Made by a program: the position numbers and the translations under genes | IMG/VR virus record: IMGVR_UViG_3300037140_000081 | Location: 477 to 64,476 of that record | Origin: a virus | Lineage: Duplodnaviria; Caudoviricetes | DNA: 64,000 bases | Direction: 5' to 3' (one strand) | The notes under the pieces: generated by a model | Told to the model about the DNA's origin: nothing | The model's database searches: none | What the model saw: only the letters and a program-made list of their open reading frames with translations | In this document: positions 9,796 through 20,377 of the stretch, piece by piece | Numbering within the stretch: the first letter of the stretch is position 1 | Layout: each line of letters starts with the position of its first letter

Positions 9796-10454
9796 GCCCT
9801 CGCGTAGTTGGTAAACATTGTTTCGTTGTGGTCTGCCTGATACCAGCGGATCGGCAGGCTGCCATACTTTTCCACGCGCGCCAGGTCATTAACTTCCCAG
9901 GTCACGTTACGCTTGAGGTTGACGTTCCGCATGGTTCGGTCCATGAACTCATTATGAAACCGGCGTAGGTACTTGCGCGGCACGACCATTAGTCCACCGC
10001 AGAAACGCCACGACGGATTGCTGTCGTCAGCCGGGTGCTCTGGCCCCCAGCATCCGGGGGTGGCAAAGTCATCATCTTTCACTTGCCCGAGGAAATTGTT
10101 GATCACGTCCACAGTCACGCCAGGTACGTGCAGGATGCCGTAGTCGATCCACACAAACGTGGTAGCGGCAGGGTCCATTATTGACGCCGCACCCAACCAC
10201 GCCGTCTTCTGGTGCTGCACGATATGGTAGGCCAGCGTATTCTTGGCCGGGTTGTCCCCCATAGAATGGGTCAGATGATACGCGCCGGCCTTCTGTAAAT
10301 CTTTGTACAGCCAGCAATCTTCGACCGTGTTGTAGAACGCCTTAAACGGGGCGCGGATCGCACGCAGCCCCTTACCCAGCTCGCTGTACTCGGCAGCGGT
10401 TCGAGGATGCCCCTCTATGGGTACAAATCCTGTAACAACGCGAATTCTAGTCAT
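9792..10454 (-). CDS. Putative glycosyltransferase, HtrL/WlaTC-like
   Basis: 'VVTGF', 'FVWIDYGILH', 'WRFCGGL', 'WEVN', 'WYQADHN'. Confidence 0.7.
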   Translation of the reverse strand: MTRIRVVTGFVPIEGHPRTAAEYSELGKGLRAIRAPFKAFYNTVEDCWLYKDLQKAGAYHLTHSMGDNPAKNTLAYHIVQHQKTAWLGAASIMDPAATTFVWIDYGILHVPGVTVDVINNFLGQVKDDDFATPGCWGPEHPADDSNPSWRFCGGLMVVPRKYLRRFHNEFMDRTMRNVNLKRNVTWEVNDLARVEKYGSLPIRWYQADHNETMFTNYARA

Positions 10455-12435
10455 GCCAGATAAACTCCGATAACTCGTTGGCGTCTACTGTAGCGATCCA
10501 GGCTTCTTTATCTTCTCGGCCATAAGATATCATGACGCTCTGACCGTTCGGGTGCCACGCGACACCGGCTACGAACTCGATCACCTTGTCATGAAAGTAA
10601 AATGGCTTGGTTATCCGCTGAACCGTCTTTGACTTATCATACCAGACAAACCGATGCTGATAGTAGCGCTTACCTGTATGCGGGTGAACGCGGGCCTCAT
10701 GCACAACCGACAAGAAGCCACACTTGAACGGGATCACTTGGGAACCGCCACTAATTGCATCAGTGGCAAAGTTGATCGGAGTGCGCGTAGCATCCCGTCC
10801 CTGCTCGTCCACAGTTAACCCCAGCCGGTACGCGAATTCTAGCTTGTCACCGTCAACCCATGGCATCCAGTTCTTCTCGTGGCGGCGCTCCACCGGGAGC
10901 ATAGCATGAACATCTTCCAACGATAGTGTATCGCCCTCGCCTGTTATTAGTTTGCCGAACCACTGTTCGCACCATCCCTCTGAGTTTTGATCACGTACAC
11001 AGGCATTTATACACCAGCGACCTTTCCATGAAAATAAACGCATATCTTCGAAGCCGACCACCAGATCAAACTTTGGCGCCGGCATTTTAGGGACAATCTC
11101 TATGGTGGTATCAACTTCGAAGTTGTCCCGCAGCTGCAAGAAAAAATTTCTCGTATGGATGGGATTAGTCGAGTTGGCTTCTCCATTTGTGCTTTTAATC
11201 AGATATCGTCCATGTTCATCCATAGTGTAGTTAACGGACCGCAATAACACATAAATCTGGCCCGCATCGGTGATAATCGACGGGTTCAAGGCGGTGTATC
11301 CGTCCGGAGGATTGAACGCGATCCGGCGGGTGATGAACGACGCCAAGCACTCGCTTAGTGGCCTAATATAGTGGAACAGATTTCCGCGCGCTTGCTCTCG
11401 AGAGAAGTCACTGGCGTCTTTACTTAATGCGACATGGTCGCACATTTTAAACCCGCGGTCGCGACGCTGCTCATCGTAGTACGCGACGATAGCAAACTCC
11501 TCGCGCAGTCCGGTGGTGTAGACATAGTCGTTCACGAACAACAGGTCGCCGGGCCGCTTGATGCGTAGCCCTTCCTCGGCAGCCAGCAAGGCCGCTCGGT
11601 TCATACCCTTGTTACGGTAGTGATTGGCCAGGTCGTACAGGCTTTCCGCGCGGGACGGGCGATAGTTGTACGCGGCAATCAGGCCAGCCACGTACCCGGC
11701 TTCATCACCACAGGCCTTGAGGGAGTGCGCCAGGTTAACGTGAGAATTCCAAATCTCCTCGTCCCAACCACCGAGCGCGATGCGCTTGCGGTATGCCTTC
11801 ACGGCATCGTATGGCTTGCCGGCGTCACGATATGACTGGGCCAAGTAGAACCAGGACCGGCCGTTGTTTGGTTCTTTCTTTAGCGCGGCCTTCAACAACC
11901 GGATATCCCGGATGAACTTGTTCTTGCGGTTTGAGCCGTCGGCGTAGTCCGTGAAGAAAATTCCGTGCACTTCACCGGCGGCTGGAACATTAAGAAATTC
12001 ATGGGTCACCCCGATATAACCCCCGGTAGCGGCACGACTAACAAATCTTGCGTTGTGATACGACAGCGTGCCGGCCTTCTGGACTGCGTTGTACGCGAGG
12101 CCGCCAGCTAGCTGTTTTTTGAAGTCTTTATCCTCAACAACCAGCTGCATGTCGGCATCAACGAGCAGCAAATAGTCCCAATTGACGTCTGATGCACGAG
12201 CCGCAGCCAGCGCGGCATTTCGGGACTGCTCGAAGTTTTCAAAGTGTCCGAATACAATATGGAAGGGAATACCGTGTCCTGTAAAAAAGTTAGACATAAC
12301 CTCAGGTGTGTTATCAGATGATCCGGTGTCATACACCACGGCTCCGTCAATATACGGCGCAATACTCGTGAGCATTCGCTCAATTTTATCTGCTTCGTTC
12401 TTGACAATTATATTTAAGGCTAGGCGGGGGGTCAT
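10447..12435 (-). CDS. GT2 glycosyltransferase-TPR fusion with C-terminal beta-propeller (GH130-like) domain
   Basis: 'LNIIVKNE...DTGSSD...SRNAAL...LLVDAD', 'THE', TPR 'SWFYLAQSYRD', then 'NPSI', 'GFEDMRLF', 'EKNWMP'; ATG 12435 overlaps the endonuclease TGA. Confidence 0.88.
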   Translation of the reverse strand: MTPRLALNIIVKNEADKIERMLTSIAPYIDGAVVYDTGSSDNTPEVMSNFFTGHGIPFHIVFGHFENFEQSRNAALAAARASDVNWDYLLLVDADMQLVVEDKDFKKQLAGGLAYNAVQKAGTLSYHNARFVSRAATGGYIGVTHEFLNVPAAGEVHGIFFTDYADGSNRKNKFIRDIRLLKAALKKEPNNGRSWFYLAQSYRDAGKPYDAVKAYRKRIALGGWDEEIWNSHVNLAHSLKACGDEAGYVAGLIAAYNYRPSRAESLYDLANHYRNKGMNRAALLAAEEGLRIKRPGDLLFVNDYVYTTGLREEFAIVAYYDEQRRDRGFKMCDHVALSKDASDFSREQARGNLFHYIRPLSECLASFITRRIAFNPPDGYTALNPSIITDAGQIYVLLRSVNYTMDEHGRYLIKSTNGEANSTNPIHTRNFFLQLRDNFEVDTTIEIVPKMPAPKFDLVVGFEDMRLFSWKGRWCINACVRDQNSEGWCEQWFGKLITGEGDTLSLEDVHAMLPVERRHEKNWMPWVDGDKLEFAYRLGLTVDEQGRDATRTPINFATDAISGGSQVIPFKCGFLSVVHEARVHPHTGKRYYQHRFVWYDKSKTVQRITKPFYFHDKVIEFVAGVAWHPNGQSVMISYGREDKEAWIATVDANELSEFIWHD

Positions 12436-12806
12436 CCATGCTTCTCCAAATAATTGGCAAGTGCGTGAAGCGTTACAGGGGTTTGGTGCCGATGTAAAGC
12501 AATATTGCACCAGTGGCATAAAATTCCACGTACATATCGGGGGTCCGCTTTTGTCAACGCCGGGTTATGGTCTGTGTGCCAACATCCGTCTTTACCTTGG
12601 CCCGACCGACCCGCTTGCGCTGTCCCGCACGCGGCGCAAGAAAACTTTTGTGTTTTGAAGCGCTCAGCCCACTCGTCGAAAGTAATACCGAAAGTCAGCC
12701 ATAAATGCTGATCCCGCCTATAATTAGGGTGGGTGTAACGATACCTGCGCATCCGCAGGCGGGCTTTTTCCCGGCGAATTAGCGGGTCTTTGAAGGGCAT
12801 AGACAC
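12432..12806 (-). CDS. Endonuclease VII-family homing endonuclease
   Basis: 'FGIT...QKFSCAAC...TDHN...VRGILCHWCNIAL'. Confidence 0.85.
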   Translation of the reverse strand: MSMPFKDPLIRREKARLRMRRYRYTHPNYRRDQHLWLTFGITFDEWAERFKTQKFSCAACGTAQAGRSGQGKDGCWHTDHNPALTKADPRYVRGILCHWCNIALHRHQTPVTLHALANYLEKHG

Positions 12807-12868
12807 TCCGAAGGGGATCGGGGTTTAAGCTATAGGTTTTTAGCCTATAGCTCATTTCGTGTCAACTG

Positions 12869-13561
12869 TTATCCGTTGGAAATTCGGAGTGGCCCGGTCA
12901 TGCCCGCATAGCCGAAACCGGTGGCGCCGGTTGTGCCGGTCGGGCCAGGACCAGGAACGCGATACACGGCACCGAGAATACACGGGTCCGTTGTGGGCAC
13001 GACAAATTTCGTAAACGTAGCCGGATTTTTGTTCGGGCCCGCGGCGCCGGCTGTACCGGTAATGCCTGTAGAACCCGTTGTCGAAGTCGGTCCAGTTTTG
13101 CCGACAAAGCCGAGGCTTGAAAAACCAGTCGGGCCGGTCAAGCCGGTGAAGCCCGTCGGTGATTTACCGATCAGTCCAACAAATGGACCAGTCTGGCCAG
13201 TCGGACCAGTCGGGCCAGTAACCGTGGTACCCGAGGGTCCAGTAGGAGCAACACCGGAAACACCGGTACTTGCATTGACCGTCAATCCAGGACCTTGCGG
13301 GCCTGTGCTACCCGTCGGACCAGTCTGACCTTGTGACGGTCCAGCAGCGCCCGCGCCCGCGGAACCAGTCGGACCCGTAGAGCTGCCCGCCGATGCCGCC
13401 GTCGGACCCTTCAAACCGGTTGCGCCGGCAGGGCCGTAAATGTTGGCGTTGTTGATCAGCTCAACGACTTCTTTCAGCACCGCTGGAATTTCGTTGTCAT
13501 CGTACGACTGCGGCGGCGTAGGGGCCGGGGTCAGCGGATTTACATACTTGGCCATGCTCAA
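12869..13561 (-). CDS. Short collagen-like GXT protein (head fibre/decoration candidate)
   Basis: Interrupted GPT/GST repeats; ends 'VPTTDP...ISNG' like its neighbour. Confidence 0.75.
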   Translation of the reverse strand: MSMAKYVNPLTPAPTPPQSYDDNEIPAVLKEVVELINNANIYGPAGATGLKGPTAASAGSSTGPTGSAGAGAAGPSQGQTGPTGSTGPQGPGLTVNASTGVSGVAPTGPSGTTVTGPTGPTGQTGPFVGLIGKSPTGFTGLTGPTGFSSLGFVGKTGPTSTTGSTGITGTAGAAGPNKNPATFTKFVVPTTDPCILGAVYRVPGPGPTGTTGATGFGYAGMTGPLRISNG

Positions 13562-13564
13562 CCT

Positions 13565-14134
13565 TTACCCGTTCGAGATAGTCAGTACGCCACCGCTATT
13601 CCACACCTGATTGACCACATGCGGGTCCGCGAGCGGCGGGATGAACAATGTCACCGTAGTACCCGTGGCACCCGTGGCGCCGGTCGGGCCCGTGGCGCCA
13701 GTCACACCTTGACCAGTCGCACCGGTCGGGCCAGTCGTAGCACCAGTGGCACCCGTGACGCCGGTGGCGCCAGTCGGGCCAGTAAAGCCTGTCACGCCGG
13801 TCGGGCCAGTCGGGCCACCAGCCTGACCAGTCGGACCAGCGACGCCAGCTGGGCCAGTTGGGCTCGCGCCCGTTGGACCAGTCGGACCTGTGTTACCAGT
13901 CGCACCCTGGGCGCCGGCCGGACCTTGCGGACCACCAAACGAACCAGTAGGACCAGTGACACCGGTAGGCCCTGTCGGGCCCGTTAAACCTGTTGCTGAA
14001 CCAGTAGGGCCCGTCGAACCGGTCAAACCGGTGGGGCCACCAATGCCACCGGCATTTACGACGGCAACGACCTGGGCGAGAATATTGCCAATCTGGTTTC
14101 GATCCGGATTGGTTACTGCGGGAATTGCCGTCAT
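13565..14134 (-). CDS. Short collagen-like GXT protein (head fibre/decoration candidate)
   Basis: GPT/GAT repeats; ends '[24 protein letters not shown]'. Confidence 0.78.
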   Translation of the reverse strand: MTAIPAVTNPDRNQIGNILAQVVAVVNAGGIGGPTGLTGSTGPTGSATGLTGPTGPTGVTGPTGSFGGPQGPAGAQGATGNTGPTGPTGASPTGPAGVAGPTGQAGGPTGPTGVTGFTGPTGATGVTGATGATTGPTGATGQGVTGATGPTGATGATGTTVTLFIPPLADPHVVNQVWNSGGVLTISNG

Positions 14135-14194
14135 AGTGGACCCCTTCGAGGCTGCCTGCGTGATATCGGTACGCTAGAATTCGTTGATCGTTCC

Positions 14195-15004
14195 TTAATT
14201 TGCCACGATAACTTTTGATCGCCCGTTCGGCTTATGCCAGAAGGGGTGCGCGAACCTGGCAAATAGCTCCGGAGGCAATGAAGTCGCCCGCGAAGTAATA
14301 TGGACCCGCTTGCCAACCGTGTGGAGACCGGGAGCACCAAGCTTAGCGTCAAACTCAGACGCGCCAGGTATCTGCCGCACATTGTCGAAGTCATGCTTAT
14401 AGCGCGGGATAGATAACCATTCGTAAACCGCGTCCACAGTTTCTATGGGACGACTGGTCAAGGCATCATATTCTACCAGCAACAATCGGTCAGCGTGGGG
14501 CCCGAAATAGGCCTCTTTCAGCGCGTTCAGGGGGTACCCAATTATCCCATCACCAGGAGCAACAAAATCTGCTCGATCAAATACATTCATGGCGGGGTCA
14601 AACTTAAATATGCCATTCAACTGTAACGGATATTTCTGCAACAGCTTTTCCAAGCTATCCATAATCCACGCCGGCTCGCGCACACAACAAACCATGCGAA
14701 AATCAGGAAACAACTGGACCAGTAATGGCAATTTTCCGGTCCAGGCGCGATTGCTATCCAGAATAGCACTTTGGCCACAGTCCGCATAATATGCGGAGAA
14801 TAGACCCTCTAATATCCGCATTCGATCCACATCGGTCACAAACACCGATGTTTCTTGGTTAGCCGCGGTTGCGCGCTGCGCAGCATTCACTAGACCGGCC
14901 AATGGCGAAATGATTGATGTTTGTAAAAATGGGTTCTGCTGCAAAATGGCAGCAAGGAGCGTGCTGCCGCTACGCGGGAGCCCGCTTAAAAAGTGAATGT
15001 TCAT
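14195..15004 (-). CDS. Sulfotransferase
   Basis: 5'-PSB loop 'SGLPRSGSTLL', 3'-PB 'CVREP..IMDSLE', 'LLVEYDAL'. Confidence 0.88.
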   Translation of the reverse strand: MNIHFLSGLPRSGSTLLAAILQQNPFLQTSIISPLAGLVNAAQRATAANQETSVFVTDVDRMRILEGLFSAYYADCGQSAILDSNRAWTGKLPLLVQLFPDFRMVCCVREPAWIMDSLEKLLQKYPLQLNGIFKFDPAMNVFDRADFVAPGDGIIGYPLNALKEAYFGPHADRLLLVEYDALTSRPIETVDAVYEWLSIPRYKHDFDNVRQIPGASEFDAKLGAPGLHTVGKRVHITSRATSLPPELFARFAHPFWHKPNGRSKVIVAN

Positions 15005-15010
15005 AAGGAC

Positions 15011-17299
15011 TTACCCTACACCTGGGGAGATAGGTTTGGCTCCGGGCCCGGGCTGGTTGCCAACCAAGGTTGCCGACTGGGGGCCTAGCCCATGTCCAGC
15101 CGGTTGTCCAGGTCTATTTCCTTGGCCCTGCGCGGCCGCACGGTTCAGGTCCATTCTGGGGTCATTCGTTTGCCCATCCTGGCCACCATTGCCCTCAGGC
15201 GTACCAATGTGCACCGGTGGCCCCTCTGGCATTTGCGCGCGGGCAGCCAGAGCGCCGGCGGTCAACTCGGTAGCGATACGCTGAACACCCAGTTCAACTC
15301 CCTTATGGACGCCTTGCTCAACCTGCTGGGTCATATCACCACCCGCGGCCTGCTGCTGCTTCTCGGCAGCGTCCATCTGTTCAATTTCCTGCTCAGTCGG
15401 TACGATCTGTTCGCCATCCAATCCAATAGTGCTTGACACTGATCGCAACACGTTGGCGCGGCCCTTGAGCCCAACGATCTTCTGATCGACTGGGTTGATC
15501 GTGGCGGACAAGAACTCGATCTGGCGCTGGCGCAAAGTCTCGCGCTGGATTGCGACGTTGACACCCTGGACGCTGATCTTCTCTTCACCGGTCAACAGCC
15601 CGGTTGTGTCGGTCAGCATGATCAGATCGGACAGCTGCAACAGCGCTGGCTCTAGCACGTCGCGGTCAATATTAGCGCTCACGCTCTGCAAGATTTTACT
15701 TGCATTGCCCATGAGCATAGCCAGCCCGGACGCGGTGCGCCCTGCGCCGCCGCCGGCGCCCTGGCCGCCCACATATTTCGGGATGGCCGAAACATCATCG
15801 GCCAGGCCAACGCAGAACTCGAACACAGACTGTAGCTGCTGCGCGTTCGAGGTTGGCATAAAGAACGAAACGGGAACCTGTGCATTGTTGCCGACCGGGT
15901 CATTTCGCGCGTGCCAGCGCTTCCACGGGTAGAGGTCATCGGTATTCTCGTCCGGCGACACGCGGTCGTCATTAATCACGACCTGCGGACCAGAGGCAAT
16001 GCTTAAGTTATTGACAAGACTACGTAAAGTGGCGTTTGCCACTTCCTGTAGATCGGTCAGCAAATCGGTCAATCCGTTCCCAATGGGGGTACCCGGCACC
16101 TTCTCGAATGATGTAATAAAGTACGGATGGCGTTGTCGCGGGGATGGCGACAAATGCGCCTTAATGACATGCGTGCCAATGATCCACGCTTGAACATTGT
16201 AATCCCGTAACTCGTCCGGGACAGCCAAACCATACTCTTGCAAAACGCGTCCCTGAACATTGCCATTAAACTCCATCATGGAGAGCATCCCGGACCGGTT
16301 CCAGGCCGGGTTCTCGCGGCTCTCCAAAGTCGCGCGTTCGGCGTCCGTGGTGTCCCAGTTGTCATACAAGCCACCGCGGCCATATTCATCCAACACCGCG
16401 CGAATTTCGTCCTCATTATATCCAGGCAGATCGAGCAGATCGTTAATCTCGGCGCGCGTGATCCGCAGCTTCTCTATAGTGTTGGCATTTTCAATGTCCG
16501 CGACGCCCGGCGTCCACCACAAATCGAACGGCGATACACGGTTCCAAGTCAGTTTTGGCTTCTGCTGGATCGTTGGGGCGCCTCCGTTAGGTGGCCACAC
16601 GACCTCTGGAACGACCTTTACAACCGGGCCTTTTATGCATGCAAACGGGAAAATTGGCAAGTCAACCAGGAACTCCGCGAGCGCATGATAGAAGCCGCCG
16701 TCGCGCAGCAGCCCCTCAATCTTTTCGTCGCTGTCCCGAGCCTGCTGGGTTGCTTTCTTCTTGGCCGCATCCTTGGCAGCTTCAACGAGCGCATCGCGGC
16801 GCTGCTTCACGTCAGCCGGGTTCGGGGGCTGCCCCTTATGTTGCTGCACGAGTTGCTGCTCGGACTGCATCATCTGGTCAATGCTTTGGAGAATTTGTGG
16901 CGGCACCTCGGGGTCGGCCGGCGGCTTAACAGACCAGGGTTGATCCTGGCCCAAATAAATATCCCGGAGCAACGAGCTAGCCGCGCGACACTTTTGCGCA
17001 ATCAGGCGAGCATATACCTGCGATCCGCCAAACTTGGAAATTTCGGCCAGCTTAGAGGCATCATATTGTCCATTAAACGTCCGCAGGGCGACTAACAGGC
17101 GTTCAGACCACCCACTAGCCGTGTTGCGGTGGTTCCGCATTATCTCGAACTGGCCCTTGATATATCCAGCTAATTGGGGTATTTCTGGCTCTGGAGGGGC
17201 ATTGTCCTGCGCGGATGCCGTAGCCCGCTCCTGGAGCTGTTGCTCCAGCGCAGCCGGTGGGATTACTTGGAGTACGCCGTTTTGTCCGAGGTCGCTCAT
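15011..17299 (-). CDS. Portal protein
   Basis: About 760 aa with 'RVSPFDLWW', 'GNGLTDLL', 'RTASGLAMLM' and a Gln/Gly-rich tail; heads the head operon. Confidence 0.88.
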   Translation of the reverse strand: MSDLGQNGVLQVIPPAALEQQLQERATASAQDNAPPEPEIPQLAGYIKGQFEIMRNHRNTASGWSERLLVALRTFNGQYDASKLAEISKFGGSQVYARLIAQKCRAASSLLRDIYLGQDQPWSVKPPADPEVPPQILQSIDQMMQSEQQLVQQHKGQPPNPADVKQRRDALVEAAKDAAKKKATQQARDSDEKIEGLLRDGGFYHALAEFLVDLPIFPFACIKGPVVKVVPEVVWPPNGGAPTIQQKPKLTWNRVSPFDLWWTPGVADIENANTIEKLRITRAEINDLLDLPGYNEDEIRAVLDEYGRGGLYDNWDTTDAERATLESRENPAWNRSGMLSMMEFNGNVQGRVLQEYGLAVPDELRDYNVQAWIIGTHVIKAHLSPSPRQRHPYFITSFEKVPGTPIGNGLTDLLTDLQEVANATLRSLVNNLSIASGPQVVINDDRVSPDENTDDLYPWKRWHARNDPVGNNAQVPVSFFMPTSNAQQLQSVFEFCVGLADDVSAIPKYVGGQGAGGGAGRTASGLAMLMGNASKILQSVSANIDRDVLEPALLQLSDLIMLTDTTGLLTGEEKISVQGVNVAIQRETLRQRQIEFLSATINPVDQKIVGLKGRANVLRSVSSTIGLDGEQIVPTEQEIEQMDAAEKQQQAAGGDMTQQVEQGVHKGVELGVQRIATELTAGALAARAQMPEGPPVHIGTPEGNGGQDGQTNDPRMDLNRAAAQGQGNRPGQPAGHGLGPQSATLVGNQPGPGAKPISPGVG

Positions 17300-17409
17300 G
17301 CCCTGTCCGGCTAAAAAGGATTGCACCGTGAACCTAACCGGAACGCGCTAATAATGCCTTAATAATTATGCTATTGCATTTAATCCTTATCTGATATAGG
17401 AATTTGGCC
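17300..17409. promoter_or_regulatory. Divergent AT-rich promoter region (portal / terminase) with CtrA-like box at 17348-17362
   Basis: Short AT-rich gap between divergent genes; minus strand TTAA-GGCATTA-TTAG. Confidence 0.55.
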
Positions 17410-17958
17410 ATGACCGATCATATTGACGAAAGCGAGCGCCTGGACGAAGTTATACGGGCGTCGCTCCCAGCGACGTTGTCTTCCAATGGGCTAAACCTTT
17501 CCGATTTGGCGGCTCTTGCCCGGGACCTGATCCTCAATCTCAGAGAACTGCCGGCCACGCTTGCCGCGCACAAAATCACCCAAGAGCAATATGACAGGAT
17601 TAAAGAGAACGAATTTTTCAAGCGCGCCCTAGAACAGCTCACCATTGAATGGCATTCAGCCAAGTCAACTACTGACCGATTGAAAATCCAAGCCGCGGCG
17701 TCGTTTGAATACGCCATGCCAACCATAACCGCGAGAATGGTAAAGAACGATGAAGACCTCGGCAAAGTTGTTGAGGCCGGCAAGCTGCTCGCTAAAGTAG
17801 CGGGCGTGGACAGCAGCGAAGCACAAGCTGCATCGAACCCCGGCGAAAAATTTTCTATTGTTATTAACCTAGGCGAGGATACGAAACTCAAGTTTGAGAA
17901 AGATATCACTCCGGCTATACCCCTAATAGAGAAAGCGAAACCCAATGAGCCATCCTAA
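17410..17958 (+). CDS. Terminase small subunit (putative)
   Basis: Helical protein ending 'FSIVINLG', upstream of TerL. Confidence 0.65.
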   Translation: MTDHIDESERLDEVIRASLPATLSSNGLNLSDLAALARDLILNLRELPATLAAHKITQEQYDRIKENEFFKRALEQLTIEWHSAKSTTDRLKIQAAASFEYAMPTITARMVKNDEDLGKVVEAGKLLAKVAGVDSSEAQAASNPGEKFSIVINLGEDTKLKFEKDITPAIPLIEKAKPNEPS

Positions 17959-18715
17959 AGTCGCATTCTTCGACGTTGAGAACGCTCCCTCTCTAGGTTA
18001 CTTCTGGGGGCACTTGTGGGAAACAAATATCATTGGCGTGACCAATCCTTGGTACATGCTTTCATTTTCCTATCGCTGGATGGGCGAAAAGAAAATTCAC
18101 TGTCATGCTCTCCCTGATTATCCGCTGTTCAAAAAGGACAAGGAGAACGACAAACACCTGGTCGAAGACTTGCATGATTTGTTTGATGAAGCAGACGTGC
18201 TGATCGCACACAACGGGGATCGCTTTGATATCCGCAAGAGTAATGCGCGTTTCATTATGCAGGGGCTGCGGCCGCCGTCGCCCTACAAATCAATAGACAC
18301 CCTCAAGGCCGCGCGCCGGTTCTTTCATTTTCAAAGCAACAAGCTAGACGATCTAGGCCAGTACCTAGGTGTTGGCCGCAAGCTGCCGCACACTGGCTTT
18401 GATCTGTGGAAACGTTGCATGGCCGGCGAGAAGAACGCCTGGAAGACCATGCGCGAGTACAACATGCACGACGTAGAACTGTTAGAGGGGGTCTACGAAA
18501 AACTGAAACCATATATGTCAAATCATCCGGACTTGACTATATATGAAGACGCGGTGGGGTGCCCCACTTGTCGGTCTACGCATATCCATCGCCGCGGGTT
18601 CGCGGTTAGCCGGAAACGCAAGTACCGCCGCTACCACTGCGGAAACTGCGGCGCCTGGTTCCAAGGGGCCGTCATTAAACTAGGTGAGAAAGTCCCCGAC
18701 AAGCATGGGCATTGA
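17945..18715 (+). CDS. DEDD/RNase H-like 3'-5' exonuclease with C-terminal Zn ribbon
   Basis: 'FFDVEN', 'AHNGDRFD', 'IDT', 'YNMHDV', then CPTC...CGNC. Confidence 0.85.
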   Translation: MSHPKVAFFDVENAPSLGYFWGHLWETNIIGVTNPWYMLSFSYRWMGEKKIHCHALPDYPLFKKDKENDKHLVEDLHDLFDEADVLIAHNGDRFDIRKSNARFIMQGLRPPSPYKSIDTLKAARRFFHFQSNKLDDLGQYLGVGRKLPHTGFDLWKRCMAGEKNAWKTMREYNMHDVELLEGVYEKLKPYMSNHPDLTIYEDAVGCPTCRSTHIHRRGFAVSRKRKYRRYHCGNCGAWFQGAVIKLGEKVPDKHGH

Positions 18716-20159
18716 ATTTACGGCGCCGCCTACCTGTGCGGCCTTTCAAAAATCTGAGGCCTTCGGCCGGCTGATTGCTGGGCCTGTGGGTTCCGGCAAG
18801 ACTACGTCCTGTGTCATGGAGCTATTCCGCCGTTCCATGCAGCAATCCCATGCGGCCGACGGTCTACGCTACACCCGCCATGCCATCGTACGCCAAACCC
18901 TCAAACAGTTGAAGGACACCGTGCTCAAGGATTGTCGGTCATGGCTGGGCGGCGTGGGTGAGTGGAAAGTTTCCGAGAACACCTTCCACCTGAACTTTGG
19001 CGACGTGCGCTCCGAGTGGATATTTATCCCGCTCGAAGACGCAGCCGACCAAGCGCGCCTGTTGTCAATGCAACTCACGGGGGCCTGGTTATCAGAATGC
19101 ATCGAAATGAACCTGGACGTGGTCGCCCCTATCACCGGTCGCCTGGGCCGATACCCCTCTGGCGCACAAGGTACGCCCACATGGCATGGTCTGATCGCGG
19201 ATACGAACATGCCTACGGAAATGTCACCATGGCATACATTCATGGAGAACCCGAACTCGGATTGGCAGGTCTTCATCCAGCCTTCGGGATTGTCACCCAA
19301 CGCCGAGAATTTAAACTATCTCGTGCAGAATGAGCGCACTATTCTGCTGCCTATTGACCACCCAGACCGCCTGGCGCAGGGACGCAAGTACTATGAGCGC
19401 TTTGTTGAAATGTACGGCGAAGACAGCGACTGGGTTAAGCGATATGTTCACGCCCAGTATGGCGACGACCCGTCTGGCATGGCGGTGTTCAAGGAAAGCT
19501 GGCGCACGGACTTCCACGTTGTAGATGACACGATGTTGATCCCCGGTTACCCGGTTATCGTAGCCCAGGACTTTGGTCGCAACCCGTGGTCGTTGATCTG
19601 CCAGGCCGATCACATGGGACGGCTAATCGTGCATGAGGAAGTTCCCGGCACAAACATAGGTTTAGAAAAACATGTCAACCAAAGCTTGCGCCCTCGACTG
19701 CTATCAAACAAGTATGTCGGCTATAAGGTCGCAATCGTCGGTGACCCGGCCGGGGTGGCCAAAGGAAACATTTCCGAGGAAAGCTGCTTCGATGCCCTCA
19801 AGCGAATGGGGCTACCAGCGTTCCCAGCTGTCACCAACGATGTTGAGCCCCGGCTCCGTGCAGTGGAGGCGCTCCTCGGTCGCCAAACAAATGGCGGACC
19901 GACGCTAATGGTGAACCGCCAGGGCTGCCCGATGCTGATCCGTGCTATGTCAGGTGGCTACCGCTTCACGAAGACGAAGGCGGGGGCGCTCCGGGTCGTG
20001 CCCGAGAAGAACGATAAAGAGGGATATTCCCACGTAGCCGATTGCTTACAATACGCTTCTCTCGTCGTTGGAGGCGGGCTAATGGGTGAAATCGCCAGAA
20101 GGTTGCGGGGCAAAGTTCGACCAAAAGGCCCCACAATTTCAGCCGCAGCTTGGACATAA
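18705..20159 (+). CDS. terL: Terminase large subunit
   Basis: Walker A 'GPVGSGKTT', nuclease motifs 'QDFG', 'GDPAG', 'SHVADCLQY'. Confidence 0.92.
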   Translation: MGIEFTAPPTCAAFQKSEAFGRLIAGPVGSGKTTSCVMELFRRSMQQSHAADGLRYTRHAIVRQTLKQLKDTVLKDCRSWLGGVGEWKVSENTFHLNFGDVRSEWIFIPLEDAADQARLLSMQLTGAWLSECIEMNLDVVAPITGRLGRYPSGAQGTPTWHGLIADTNMPTEMSPWHTFMENPNSDWQVFIQPSGLSPNAENLNYLVQNERTILLPIDHPDRLAQGRKYYERFVEMYGEDSDWVKRYVHAQYGDDPSGMAVFKESWRTDFHVVDDTMLIPGYPVIVAQDFGRNPWSLICQADHMGRLIVHEEVPGTNIGLEKHVNQSLRPRLLSNKYVGYKVAIVGDPAGVAKGNISEESCFDALKRMGLPAFPAVTNDVEPRLRAVEALLGRQTNGGPTLMVNRQGCPMLIRAMSGGYRFTKTKAGALRVVPEKNDKEGYSHVADCLQYASLVVGGGLMGEIARRLRGKVRPKGPTISAAAWT

Positions 20160-20377
20160 CGCTACCCCCAGTTAAACACGTACTTCCACACAAGTACCCA
20201 TGTCGCTATGAGGAGAGCGCAATATGTGAACCAGAACCAGTTGTCAGTACCCATAGAAATCTCTCACGACCTTTTCATGGGCTGGCCACCGAGAAGCAGG
20301 TTCGCCCAGCATCGCGTGTAGTATGCGATGCCGGGCGAGTGCGAACGCACGCATAACGTGCCATACCCCTTGCGGGC

